NCBI GenBank assembly: GCA_950097015.1
Contig: CATNEN010000038.1
Span: forward strand, 12,214,001-12,278,000
Reading direction: 5' to 3'
Length of the DNA: 64,000 bases
DNA from: Macrostomum hystrix
Lineage: Eukaryota; Animalia; Platyhelminthes
A model generated the notes under the pieces. That model was not told the origin of the DNA. It made no database searches and was given only the letters and a program-made list of their open reading frames with translations. A program made the translations under genes and the position numbers. Positions 11,401 to 23,500 of the stretch are shown piece after piece (the stretch's first letter is position 1; each line of letters begins with the position of its first letter).

Positions 11401-13434
11401 ACTATTTCATTGTGTGCCACTTTCCCGACGAGTCTGCGGGCCACGAGGACCGCATGTTTATCATGGCAAAGGTGCTTAATCTGCGACGCCTTGTTGGCGA
11501 CGAAGCTGCCGATTGCGACGAAGCGGCGAAGGCCTTTTTACCGACATTTCAGCATCGCGAAAGTCGGGCATGTGTTGTCTTCGAGTCGCTTGGCTTGCCT
11601 AGTTATATCTGTGTCGACGATCAAGTGACCCACGTCATCAACCTGCAGCAAGCACGCGTCCCAGATGGCGTGCAGCCGTGCGACTTGGCGGAGGAAGTGC
11701 CATTCGCAAGCTCTGGGCTCGAAAATGTTACCCTGCGTCACACTTACCAGCCACCAGCCATGCTGGTCAATCGCGATTCCCAACTGGTCGGTCAACTGCA
11801 GAGGGAGCTATGCGAAGGACAGCGAGCTAATAGCGCATTAACAGCCGGAGGAGAGCCGCCAACAACGGAGACTCGAGCGAAGCTGCTTCGTCAGATTTAC
11901 GGTCTAAAGCTGCGTCAGCCAGACGAGCGTGACGAGGAGTCCTCCTGTGGCTGGTATGCCGCCTGCCAGCTCTTCGACATAGACTCTTACCGGCTGGTCA
12001 CGTCAACCTTGATTCCGACGGCCAACGTCAGCACCGGAAGAGTTGACGGATTCGACCTACTGGATGCTGAGCGGAATCGCGTGGTGTCTGTTCGAACTGT
12101 TCCAGGCAGCGCCTGTTTTCGCATCGCCGTGTTGGACGCGGCCAGTTTCAGCGTCACCTACGTCGACGTCGGCACGGATCGCTTGTGGGATGTTGGCACG
12201 GACGAGCAGCCAGCTGTGCACTATCGGCCCGACAACTTTCTAGCCCGCTTCCGCCCGGCCCTGGCCCTGATCGTTGGCGATAACGCAGTGGCCGCTACTA
12301 GCAGCTTGGCCAGCCTACTCAAGGCCAACTGGTCCAAAGGCACCCAGCTGGCGGTGTGTGCCGCCCATCTGGACCGCTCCGCCGGGCGACTCTCCCTGGC
12401 CCTCACCAGCCGGGTGGCGCCGTCTGAGCGACTACGTCGAATCGGCGAAGTCAACGAGCCTCCTGTTCTATGGCTGGGTCGGGTTGTTTGGGCGAATCTG
12501 GGTGATGGAGGCGGCGACGCCTCAATCAGTCTGGAGTACAGTGGCCTTTTAGATCTCGGACCGGCTGTTGAATTTCTGCCTCCAGACGGGGCCAAACTGA
12601 TCAACTACAAGTTGCAACTGTTGGACAGCCTCACAGGTCAGCTGCTGGCGAGCATTCGTCCGGCATCGGCCGAGCCGCTGTACTTTGTCCGACTCGGCTT
12701 GACCACCGACACCCAGCTGGTGGTTGGCCAGGCCTATTCGCCAGCTTATCGAGTCACCTTCGCTGTGTTCGACGACGAAGAGCTGGCAGGGTCTGGCGGG
12801 GGAGAGGACGATACAGACATGTTTGCTATCACACCACCCCGTGTGCTGCAGGTAAGTTGTAAGGTGATAATGTTAATACGAGCATATTTAAATGTACCTG
12901 TTCGATGTGCATTCGAAAGCACAACCGCAGCTATTGCGCGGTGCATCTGAATGCGGCTGCTCAGTCCATGGACTGGGGGAAGCCACACCCACCCTCAAGT
13001 ACCCCAGATAATGCTCAGTTCTTACCAGTCCTTATATTTAATAAAAAGCGTAATACTGGTTAAAACTCTGGAGGTGTTTACAGCGTAAATCAGTAAATAA
13101 ATAGCTATGTTCTTTGGCCCTTGGGTCCTTTGCTCCAGGCAAGCCATCAAGTACGAGCGTAATTGAGAACTACCCAATTTTAAACTTTGCAATACTTAGT
13201 TTGGCATGAAGAATTATTCGCGTGGTGCAAAAATCTCCTTTAATATCCGACCTTTGGTCCTGACAGGTCTATCGCCTCTCGGATAGTCGCTGCCTGGCCA
13301 ATTACATGTTCGAAAGCGACCCGCTTGGCTTCTGTCTGCTCGGCGAAGACCGTCGACAACTGCTGGTGGTGACGCATAATTTTCCGCTGATGCTGATGGC
13401 TGTGGGCGATGAGAACCAGGCCACGGAGTCGTAG
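5412..13434 (+). CDS. NWD1/NWD2-like NACHT (STAND) NTPase with degenerate DUF4062-like N-terminus and divergent beta-propeller-like C-terminus; exons ~5412-5927, 6852-8126, 8291-8671, 8822-9430, 9532-10209, 10635-12851, 13267-13434
   Basis: Walker [19 protein letters not shown], Walker [42 protein letters not shown] and [12 protein letters not shown] are typical of NWD proteins. GT-AG splice sites flank each exon. Confidence 0.88.
5953..6466. mobile_element. ~510-bp foldback MITE-like element (family M1) in intron 1 of the NACHT gene
   Basis: Terminal inverted repeat AACAGTAGAAA...TTTCTACTGTT; inner inverted repeat 6116-6151 vs 6271-6307; related copies at ~21865-21960 and 38140-38260 plus 39996-40276. 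Confidence 0.75.
6481..6800 (+). mobile_element. Apparently full-length tRNA-derived SINE, family B, with CORE-like central domain and AT-rich tail
   Basis: tRNA-like head with B box GGTTCGATTCC (6531-6541); GCAAGCCACTAAACTCTGCATTGCTTCAGTTCACCCAGCTATTATATGGG resembles the MIR/CORE domain; (TTA)-rich tail; other copies in the window. Confidence 0.82.
12918..13015 (-). mobile_element. SINE family B fragment, intronic
   Basis: ccgcagctattgcgcggtgcatctgaa...cagtccatggactgggg matches the reverse complement of 6665-6730. Confidence 0.78.
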
Positions 13435-13643
13435 AGATAAAAGTGCTCGATAATCAATTGCACTTGCAATTGCACTTGTTTTGTTCGATACTGCAACAAA
13501 TAATATATTTTCTAGGCTTTTCAAAGTCAGCATGGATCAGTTGTCACAAATTTTAACTATGTAATCACGCAAACACATGATTATTGTTGAACATGACGAT
13601 GTTGAACAGTTCAATGCAGCCGTTTCTAAAGCATCTTTTAATC

Positions 13644-13824
13644 CAGGGGTCAACAAAATTATTGGCTTGCGGGCCAAAGAGAGAACCTAAAAACGGCAGC
13701 GATGACGGGGAGATGACACGGGAGAGATGAGACACGGGAGAGACGAAGCGGGATTATACTGTAGGTGTCGGGAGGGAAAACCGTCCGGATTTGGCCCGCG
13801 GGCCGCGGGAGTTTGCCGACCCAG
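13644..13824. mobile_element. hAT-superfamily MITE (181 bp) with 8-bp target-site duplication
   Basis: Ends CAGGGGTCAACAAA...TTTGCCGACCCAG (hAT/Charlie-like); subterminal GCGGGCC/GGCCCGC motifs; perfect TSD TTTTAATC at 13636-13643 and 13825-13832. Confidence 0.85.
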
Positions 13825-15867
13825 TTTTAATCTCTCTGATTTTTGTACTATAAGACGAGCGACGATCTTTAAATATTTGTTTAACTATGCTGCCAATTGA
13901 AATCAATTTACTTTTCTTTATTTGTTCTTCTATTTTGATTACGACTTCTTTCACAGACTGCAATTCACTTGCACGAGTACATTCCTTCGCAACGATTAAG
14001 TATATAATCTGTTAACACTAGTTATCGATAACGATGAAATTTAACTTTAAACGAGAGCAAATCCTTGACTTAAATTTTAGCATGTACTAAAATATATAAA
14101 AAATACGGTAGTACTAATTGAAGCTGTTTTTAACCCTACTTGCATGCTTTTGCTTTCTGCTTTGAAAAAAAACAGGAAAAAATGAAGACCTACCGCTGCT
14201 CGTGCAACTGTCTATCTGTACGAATCAGTCATATTGGCCGCTGATACAGCTGGTATCATTCTTAAAAAAAGAAATACGGTATTATTTACAGCCTTGCCCA
14301 GATGTCCCTAAAATTTAAGTTTTCTCATGTCTCTGTTAGAACTAAAAAAATTCCCAAGCAATGCTGGGCTATAAAATCTTCCAATGTGCCTATTTAGCAT
14401 AAGTGACGATAATAATTAATGATCGTTCTTTTATAAATGAGAAGCCGAATCAGGGATGCATCGGATTTTGACACCAGTCAGTGGGAAAGTTATAAAAAGC
14501 CATTCACCATTGTCCATGACTTCAGATTTAGACTGACGGTCCATAATGTAGCACAAAAGGGGTGTGAATATTTGTTCACACCGTTCTGCATGGAAAACAA
14601 ACGAATGAGAACGAACTAAGAAGTTGAAATTATTTTTCCATAAAAAACTCCAACTGCTCAAAATGTATCTCAAACTGAACTAATCTGATCAATAAGCCCA
14701 TGTGTTCACTTCTAAAATACGTAAGGAATTTTTGTCTATGGAATTCAAGTGTCACTAAAATGGAACGGAGCCGGGATCCAACCAAGATGAATGAAAACAT
14801 AAACAAATAATAAATATGATAAATAAAAGCGAGTGAAATACTAATAAGTGAGCCAGATAAAAAACTAAAAATTCTCCAAACAACAAACTCCATTCTTTAG
14901 TTTTCTCATCGTTGCTAAAAGCGGTCAGCCGAAAAAACTGCCAATTGATTGTCAATGGCAGTGCAAATATTCATAAAAAGTAAGGTATTTTAAATGCATA
15001 TTTTTATTGAAAGTTATGAAAAATTATAAGGATAAGTAGCTATAAAAATAAGTGGTAAATGTAGAGCGAAAATTTCTGAACTATTGTTTTACTTAGTAGC
15101 TTTTTCAATTTGGTCTATCTTGTTAATTTTTAATATTCATCACGTTACCCTTACTGTACAAATAACAATAGCCCAATTCTATCCATAGATATGTATAGTT
15201 GTACACTTGTTATAAACCTGGGCGGCTAGGCCTAGTCCTCTTTTGTAACAAATGTGAAATGATCTGATTTGATCTGATCTAGTAATTTAGTTAGGCCTAT
15301 ATGGTCTTTAATGTAAAAAAGTGAAATGTTGAAAGCTTTTATTGTGAAACCAACCTATGTACACATCATTAGCTAATCTAGATTTATTTATACAGAGTTT
15401 AAAGTAATAAGAAGCCATAGGCCTATTATTATCGCATCTTTTTACTTCTAGTGGTTCTTATGATTGATGTGCAATGCAATAGCTAGGCCTATGGCTATTT
15501 GTCCAGTTGACTGGACAAATATTGGAAATAGCTAATTGTTGGGTTAACTGGACAAATAACAACTGCAAATAAGAAAGCATAATTGTATGCTATGTGAATA
15601 TATATGTACATAAATTGATGATTAAATTGTGACAGACTCAACTAAAACTAAATGCACAAGGTTGTAAATTGTTCTACTAATTGCTATGCTAGCTTGTGTA
15701 GGCCTTTGGATTCATCATGAAGCAAACTAGAAATGTGTTTTCACTGCTATGTTTATTGATGTTTTATTAATAATAACTATTTGTTTGTTTTGAATCTTTA
15801 GTTTCATAGTTGTTAAAAACAAGTTAATCCTACTTTCACTATTATTTTATTAATAAAATTATATTTA

Positions 15868-16510
15868 GGGTAATGTATCATCAACCAAACAAGAATGTGT
15901 ATTTTTTTAACTTCAAACCTAAGCTACATATTTTCTATTTAAGATATGATGATAAATCAAAAGCCAAGTTATAGAAAACAGTTACATCTTTCTAAAAAGT
16001 ATCAGCTTTTGCTATTTTATCAAATAGAAAAAAAGTTATTCCAGCTTTTTATCTAAAACCGAACAATGATTTTCATGTATCTTCAAACCAAACAGAGAAT
16101 TTGATGTTTGGTTTTACAATTTGAGTGAGTGGTTTAATCTTATTTTAAGGAGTGAACTATCATGAATTATGTAATTTGAAAGCATTTTTCATGCTCTATA
16201 AATAACTACATTTATGGTCATTTAATTGGCAAGCAACCACATACAATCTTTGTCTAAAGTACATACTGAAAAAATGTTGTTAAAAAGTATGCTTTTGCAA
16301 TAAAAATTTCTACTGAAACATCAATATCTTTCTTTCCTCTTAATGCTTCATTGCACATCATGCCTCAGCTTGTAGATAATTTCTTCAACTTTCAAATTAG
16401 TTGTTCTGTGAAACACAATAGCTTGTTTCTGTCTTGCACGAGACCAAGGAAGAAGTCAAAATTCTTGTTCGGTTTTGAAGATACACTGTTCGGTTGATGA
16501 TACATTACCC
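15868..16510. mobile_element. TA-flanked MITE (643 bp) with ~23-bp TIRs
   Basis: GGGTAATGTATCATCAACCAAAC vs GTTCGGTTGATGATACATTACCC, TA on both sides; an internal copy of the subterminal motif lies at ~16058-16105. Confidence 0.8.
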
Positions 16511-17715
16511 TATGGCCATAGACAATAGCCTGGCCTACTTTGTTTACAATGCTAGTACCTAGGCTCTAATAATTTATAGCAATAGACCTACCCAAAAGGC
16601 TAAACAACTTTTACAGTGAAACAAGTTTTTATTAACCACTAGAGTTAGCAGTTTCTAATTCTAGTATTAGGCCTAGGCCTATCTTCCTTTCTAAGCCTAG
16701 TAGGCCTATCCATGGCATTGTGACAATGGCTGAAACAGTTAAGTAGTCTTATAGACATAGCCTAGAAGCAAGATATAGGCCTGTGGTGGCCGCTCTCTCT
16801 AGCACCCTGCATGGGGCTAAGGCGGCTACCCCAACCTTTAGGTTTTTACTAGCACTTGCGCTAGGCTGGTGCAGTATGTTTAGGGCTTAAGCTCATGTAC
16901 AAGTGCTGGCCTATAAATCACAATCTTTTGGAATGCACTATACTGTAAACTGTTCTCTTTCAACTAAAAATTAATATTTCATGGCTACAATTGCCACAGG
17001 CCTATAAATATGAGTATAACTTTCATATTTAGAAGTAGGCCTAAGAAATACTTTTTGGCAATTATATTTAGATGCTGTCTATAAAAACCTGTCTGTCTGG
17101 GTAAAACTTTAGTTTTTGCCCATCCTCAAAACATTTGAAGTACTTAGTCACTGAAATATCTTGGATAAAATGTGGCTTCTCAGAGAATATAAAATCCTAG
17201 TGTCCAAAAAAGTTCCAAATTCAAATCTAAATATCTATAAGTGGGGTTCAAACAATTAGTAAATTAAATAAACTAAAATGTATACTTTTGAAAATATTAA
17301 ATTTTCTATTTGTACCTTGCACCTTTCTGACTGGCAATCCTTTGCAAGATCAAAGTAAAAATTAATAAATGAAAAAATAAATGCAATTAAAAATTAAATG
17401 AGCAATGCTGTTTACTATGTACCCGAAAATCTTATATCAAACTGTCAGCTTTTCACAAGTGGTTTGTTTTCAGTATAGAACTCAGTGTCCAAATGTAGGC
17501 AAATAATTTGTGTATTAAGGGTATTTGTTTAATTCATTGAACATAAAAATTGTTTTATAAGAACTATTTTTGACTTCAACAAGGATTTGTTGTATCAAGG
17601 AATGTGAATTGTAAATGAAATCTACTATAATTTTTTTGTAATTGTAAAATGAAATATCTGTTTTTAATCTTCAGTTCTGCAGTGATTGTCAACCATTCTC
17701 ATCCAGTTGACTTGG

Positions 17716-19209
17716 ATGATCATGATACATTGCCGTCTATTCCAATTGGTGCCTCTGATAACAATATTTGCAGTGCTATTATCATTGTGTAGCTGTGAAA
17801 ACGTAGTGTTAGAAATGCAGCAGCGGGTCAGCCAATCAGCTCCAGCGCTAGTTATCAATACCTGGCCATTTGTTAACGCTACAAAGGCCGGATTCGCAGC
17901 TCTCAGCCAATCGGGCGCTACTGCACTCGATGCTGTCGAGGCCGGATGCCTCCAGGCTGAGGCCGATCAAACCTTAGACTCCGTGTCTTACGGCTATCAC
18001 CCGGACGAAGCTGGCAATGTCACATTCGACGCCATGATGATGAACGGCGTCACCATGGAGGTTGGCGCTGTGGCCGCTATGCCGGACATCCTGCAGGCAA
18101 TAAGTGTGGCTCGGGCCGTGATGGAGCGAACAGGACACACAATGCTAGTTGGAGACAGAGCTACTGAATTCGCTGTGGAAATGGGTTTCAAGAGGCGCTC
18201 GCTGAATAATAATAGGTAAGATTTTTTGCGAATTTATCTCTCAGTTTGGAGTTACCTAGTTCTGGCAAATTAGCCTCCCAGCTACCTAATTGTGACAAAT
18301 AAGCCCCACAGTTACCGAATTGTGACTAATTAGCCTCCCAGTTACCTAATTGTGACTAATTAGCCTCCCAGTTACCTAATTGTAACTAATTAGCCTCCCA
18401 ATTACCTAATTGTGACTAATTAGCCTCCCAGTTACCTAATTGTGACTAATTAGCCTCCCAGTTACCTAAATGGGACTAGTTAGCCTCTCATTTACCCAAT
18501 TGTAACTAATTAGCCTGAAAGCTACCTAATTAGAACAAACTAGCCTCCCAGTTACCTTTTTGTGACAAAGTCGATCCTCTCCGCCACTCATTAAGCTTTT
18601 TCCCTAATTAATGCCAGATCAGCAAGCACCTGGCACCAATGGCGCTTAAATAATTGCCAGCCAAATTTTCGTCGCAACGTGCAGCCTCCGCCAAATAAAA
18701 GCTGCGGCCCCTACATGCCGACAAAATCCGCTGACGACTCGACTAGCGACTGGCGTCAGCGTCGGGAAGGTCACGACACCATCGGCATGATCGCGATGGA
18801 CGCCGCCGGCGGCCTAGCTGTTGGAACCACGACAAACGGAGCCGCCTATCGGGTTCCTGGGCGTGTCGGTGACACCGCCGTTGTCGGCGCCGGTGGCTAT
18901 GCCCTAGCCGGCGTCGGCGCCGCCGTTGGCACCGGTGACGGCGACATCCTGATGCGCCACCTGCTGGCCTTCGACGTCGTCGTCGGCGGCCTGTCGTCGG
19001 GCGCCACCCCGGAAGCCGCCTGCCGAGCCGCTCTAGGCCGGGTTCGGGCGCCGCCTGGCGGCTTCCACGGGGCACTGGCTGCCGTTGACGCCAACGGCAA
19101 CGTCGGAGGCGCCTGCGTCGGCTTCGGCAGCTTCGAGATTAGCGTCATGCGGCCCGGCATGTCCGAGCCGGAGCTGCTGTCCGTGCCCTGCACTCCGGCG
19201 CGCCTCTAA
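17716..19209 (+). CDS. AGA: N4-(beta-N-acetylglucosaminyl)-L-asparaginase (aspartylglucosaminidase); exons ~17716-18215 and 18618-19209
   Basis: Signal peptide, LVINTWPF, ALDAVEAGC, spliced WRLNNCQPNFRRNV...CGPY, autocleavage site HD|TIGM, PGRVGD, GTGDGDI. Confidence 0.95.
18251..18568. repeat. 30-bp minisatellite (GTTACCTAATTGTGACTAATTAGCCTCCCA) x ~10, filling most of the AGA intron
   Basis: Tandem copies seen directly, with degenerate edges. Confidence 0.93.
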
Positions 19210-19213
19210 CAGA

Positions 19214-19340
19214 GAGGTCGCGAGTTCAATTCACAGTTAAGGGGAATTAACCCAGCTGTAGATGTGTACCAGCATCAGGTGGGAGTAGAAATGCGGAGCC
19301 CTGCGTGTTATGGCCAATCCTGTCCACGGACTGACAGCCT
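19214..19340 (+). mobile_element. Degraded SINE family B copy right after the AGA stop
   Basis: B-box-like GAGTTCAATTC, ACCCAGCTGTAGATGTGTACCAGCATCAG and GTCCACGGACTGACAGCC match the 6481-6800 copy. Confidence 0.65.
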
Positions 19341-19395
19341 TTTGTAGCGCTTTTTAATTGGTACGGCTTGTGCCACTGCGTGCCAACCGACACAG

Positions 19396-19678
19396 AATAT
19401 CTGGATTAGAATACCGAATATCTAGATTCCAATACCGAATATCTAGATTCCAATACCGAATATCTAGATTTCCATTACCGAATATCTAGATTCCAATACC
19501 GAATATCTAGATTTCAATACCGAATATCTAGATTCCAATACCGAATATCTAGATTCAAATACCGAATATCTAGATTCAAATACCGAATATCTAGATTCCA
19601 ATACCGAATATCTAGATTCAAATACCGAATATATAGATTCAAATACCGAATATCTAGATTCAAATACCGAATATCTAG
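19396..19678. repeat. 21-bp minisatellite (AATACCGAATATCTAGATTCC) x ~13
   Basis: Tandem copies seen directly. Confidence 0.95.
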
Positions 19679-19994
19679 TTACGCATAGCTCGTTATTTCA
19701 GAAATATCTATACCTTTGTAATCATGTGTATATCAGTTTATATATCTCAATAATGAAGATAATACAAATAATTATTTAAAAAACCAGTGCCACTAATTGC
19801 ATGCTATTCATTTTTTCACGACGGTAGGGTATTGCGTGGTTCAATATTTGTATCAGCATGATGTTTTTCTAGTTCGTTCTCTGCGTCAGAATATTTTATT
19901 ACCTGTCACAAAATATACCGATCACTTTCAATTGATTTCAGACTTTTTAATTTTATTTGTTTATTGTTCTGTTGTTTTATACTTAAAGCTTTCT

Positions 19995-20417
19995 ATCCCA
20001 TTGTGCCATTCCTGATCCCATTGTGCCAGTCCTGATCCCGTTGTGCCAGTCCTAATCCAATTTTGCCAGTCCTAATCCCATTGTGCCAGTCCTGTTCCCA
20101 TTGTGCCAGTCCTAATCCAATTGTGCCATTCCTGATCCCATTGTGCCATTCCTGATCCCATTGTGCCAGTCCTGATCCCATTGTGCCAGTCCTAATCCCA
20201 TTGTGCCAGTCCTGATCCCGTCATGTTAGTCCTGATCTCGTTGTGTTAGTCCTAATCCCATTGTGCCAGTCCTAATCCCATTGTGCCAGTCCTGATCCCG
20301 TTATGTTAGTCCTGATCCCGTTGTGTTAGTCCTGATCCCGTTATGTTAGTCCTGATCCCGTTGTGTTAGTCCTAATCCCATTGTGCCAGTCCTGATCCCG
20401 TTGTGTTAGTCCTGATC
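19995..20417. repeat. 20-bp minisatellite (ATCCCATTGTGCCAGTCCTG) x ~21
   Basis: Tandem copies seen directly. Confidence 0.95.
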
Positions 20418-20576
20418 TCTTGATCCCATAAGTTAGTCAGTTTAAAGCATTGTAAACATTTGTCTCAAAAATAATATTTCAGATTTCAGCTAGTTTATAA
20501 CATAGTCGAAGAGAAGAGCTTGCATTTATCCCACTGGGAAAACAGCTTAAATTCTACTAGCATTAGTAAAATAGCA

Positions 20577-23500
20577 ATGCAAAACGGCATTGGCGGCCAC
20601 TGTGGTTGCGGCCGGCGCTGCCCTCGGGACAATCTCTTGGCCAGCCTCCTTCAGTTCCTGCGACACGATTTGGCAAGCGAGAAACTGTCCGAGCGATGCC
20701 AGCTGGCTCAGCGCAGCCTGCTGGACCGCCTGGCGGCGATGAAGTTGGAGGATCGACAGGCGGCTGAGTCGGCTGGCAGGCGCGGCTGCTGCTGCCTGAC
20801 CCGCTGCCCGGCGGAGCTGTGGTCCGAGCCGCCTCTGGTGCTAGCCGAGGAGGATGCTGAGCCGAAGCCGGATGTGACAGTCGGCGCCGCCACTGATGCC
20901 GCTGCCTCCGCAGTGGCTGCTGCAGCGGCTGCGGTGACTCGCAGGGGTAAAAAGTCTGCTACCGTGGCTGTTCGAGGTAAGCCTTTGGGGATGTCTGCTC
21001 GTCTATTCACTCCTTAGCCCCTGCCTGAGTCACTCCTTAGCCCCTGCCTGAGTCACTCCTTAGCCCCTGCCTGAGTCACTCCTTAGCCCCTGCCTGAGTC
21101 ACTCCTTAGCCCCTGCCTGAGTCACTCCTTAGCCCCTGCCTGAGTCACTCCTTAGCCCCTGCCTGAGTCACTCCTTAGCCCCTGCCTGAGTCACTCCTTA
21201 GCCCCTTCCTAAGTCACTCTTTAGCCCCTGCCTGAGTCACTCCTTAGCCCCTTCCTAAGTCACTCTTTAGCCCCTGCCTGAGTCACTCCTTAGCCCCTGC
21301 CTGAGTCACTCCTTAGCCCCTGCCTGAGTCACTCCTTAGCCCCTGCCTGAGTCACTTTTCTCCTCTTTCTGAGTCTCTCTTCTGAGTTTGAGTCTCTCTC
21401 CTCTTCCTTAGTCTCTACTTCTCCCTTTCCTGAGTCTATCTTTCTCCTCTTACTAAGTCTCTAATTCTCCCTTTCCTGAGTCACTTGAGTCACTCTCCCC
21501 TTCCGAGTAGAGTAACTGAGTTACTCTAGTTAATAGTGTTGCAAAACTTAATAGTTTTTATGAATAAAATTCATTTTTAGATACCAAAAATAGAATGTCA
21601 CTGCCGCCTCAGATGTTTTCTATGTGAGTCTGTGTTTTGTTGTTGTTACTGTCTTTCATACTTTCAATAAGTTTTTTTCTACGCGTATTAAAACAATTCC
21701 ACATCTGCCACCATCCCATTGTCTCGCCTATTTGTTTTCTTTTTATAGTGCCTCCAAACTTGGTTCATCTCCGCCTACGGTTGAAAAAGCTACCTGTGAC
21801 GAAGTTGGTAAGATCGGAGTTGAATTCTGTCTTCTTGTTTGAATTAGTGCAGTAAATAATCTTCGGGATATTCAACGATTTCCGCCGGGGTGTCTGGTGA
21901 AAAAAGATAAATGTTAATCTTGTTATACAGAGAAATGTTAGCTGTCCTTGTCACCAGGAAATAATAGTTTAAACCGTGAGACTCGAAATCAATGAATTCC
22001 GAAAAGTTTATTCAATTTTTCTATTTTTTAGCACCGAGGAAGATAATTTTACTTCTGTCTAAACTCCACAAAATTGACACTGCCACCTTTACTATGCAAA
22101 ATTTGCCATTTTCAGACTACGAGGAGCCTTGGAGTCCTTCACGATCTAATGCTATTGTGTAAGTGTGCGACACAAACTGACTAGACTGCGAGAGTAAATT
22201 CAGCTAGAGATTATTGGCTGGTCGGGCTCAGTTTTCATGCTCTGTGTGGATATGACTCACTGCAGCTGACCGCGGAGGCGGTTTTGGCAGTGTTGACGTG
22301 GACTTCTCATTCATTTATATGTTGTCTAAGCAAATGCAGCTTTTATACTTGCTTTAATACTTAACATTGACTAGCTGGCTTTAAGTTGAGTCATCCTGCT
22401 CTCTTAAAGTATCCGGCTATCGCTAAAATATTTTTCTGCTGATTCAGCAGCAATACTCCAGTGTAGAACCCTTATCCGATTCCATGCACGGCGCCTATCA
22501 GCTTTGACCGTCTGATAATACGCTCGTAGCATTGTCTATTTCAGACAGACGCACTAGCTTACTAGTTTGCTTGTTGAGCATTTCCTCACACTATTAAAAA
22601 GATTCCGCGATCTATTTAAAAATAGTATTTAAAATCGTTAAGACGTTGGTCGTACTGGTGCTGATAACCTTCGGTAAATCCCGTTGAGAAGTTGGTCCAT
22701 CTGGTGCTGATAAGATTCTATGAATCTTGTAGAGAAGTTGGTCCATCTGGTGCTGATAAGATTCTATGAATCTTGTAGAGGAGCTGGTCCATCTGGTGCT
22801 GATAAGATTCTATGAATCTTGTAGAGGAGCTGGTCCATCTGGTGCTGATAAGATTCTATGAATCTTGTAGAGGAGCTGGTCCATCTGGTGCTGATAAGAT
22901 TCTATGAATCTTGTAGAGAAGCTGGTCCATCTGGTGCTGATAAGATTCTATGAATCTTGTAGAGGAGCTGGTCCATCTGGTGCTGATAAAATTCTATGAA
23001 TCTTGTAGAGGAGCTGGTCCATCTGGTGCTGATAAGATTCTATGAATCTTGTAGAGGAGCTGGTCCATCTGGTGCTGATAAGATTCTATGAATCTTGTAG
23101 AGGAGCTGGTCCATCTGGTGCTGATAAGATTCTATGAATCTTGTAGAGGAGCTGGTCCATCTGGTGCTGATAAAATTCTATGAATCTTGTAGAGGAGCTG
23201 GTCCATCTGGTGCTGATAAGATTCTATGAATCTTGTAGAGGAGCTGGTCCATCTGGTGCTGATAAGATTCTATGAATCTTGTAGAGGAGCTGGTCCATCT
23301 GGTGCTGATAAGATTCTATGAATCTTGTAGAGGAGCTGGTCCATCTGGTGCTGATAAAATTCTATGAATCTTGTAGAGGAGCTGGTCCATCTGGTGCTGA
23401 TAAGATTCTATGAATCTTGTAGAGGAGCTGGTCCATCTGGTGCTGATAAGATTCTATGAATCTTGTAGAGGAGCTGGTCCATCTGGTGCTGATAAGATTC

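Noticed and set aside
6966-12604. Many overlapping antisense and alternative-frame ORFs over the NACHT, AGA, PH and CUB exons
   Set aside because: Shadows of GC-rich coding sequence with no motifs of their own.
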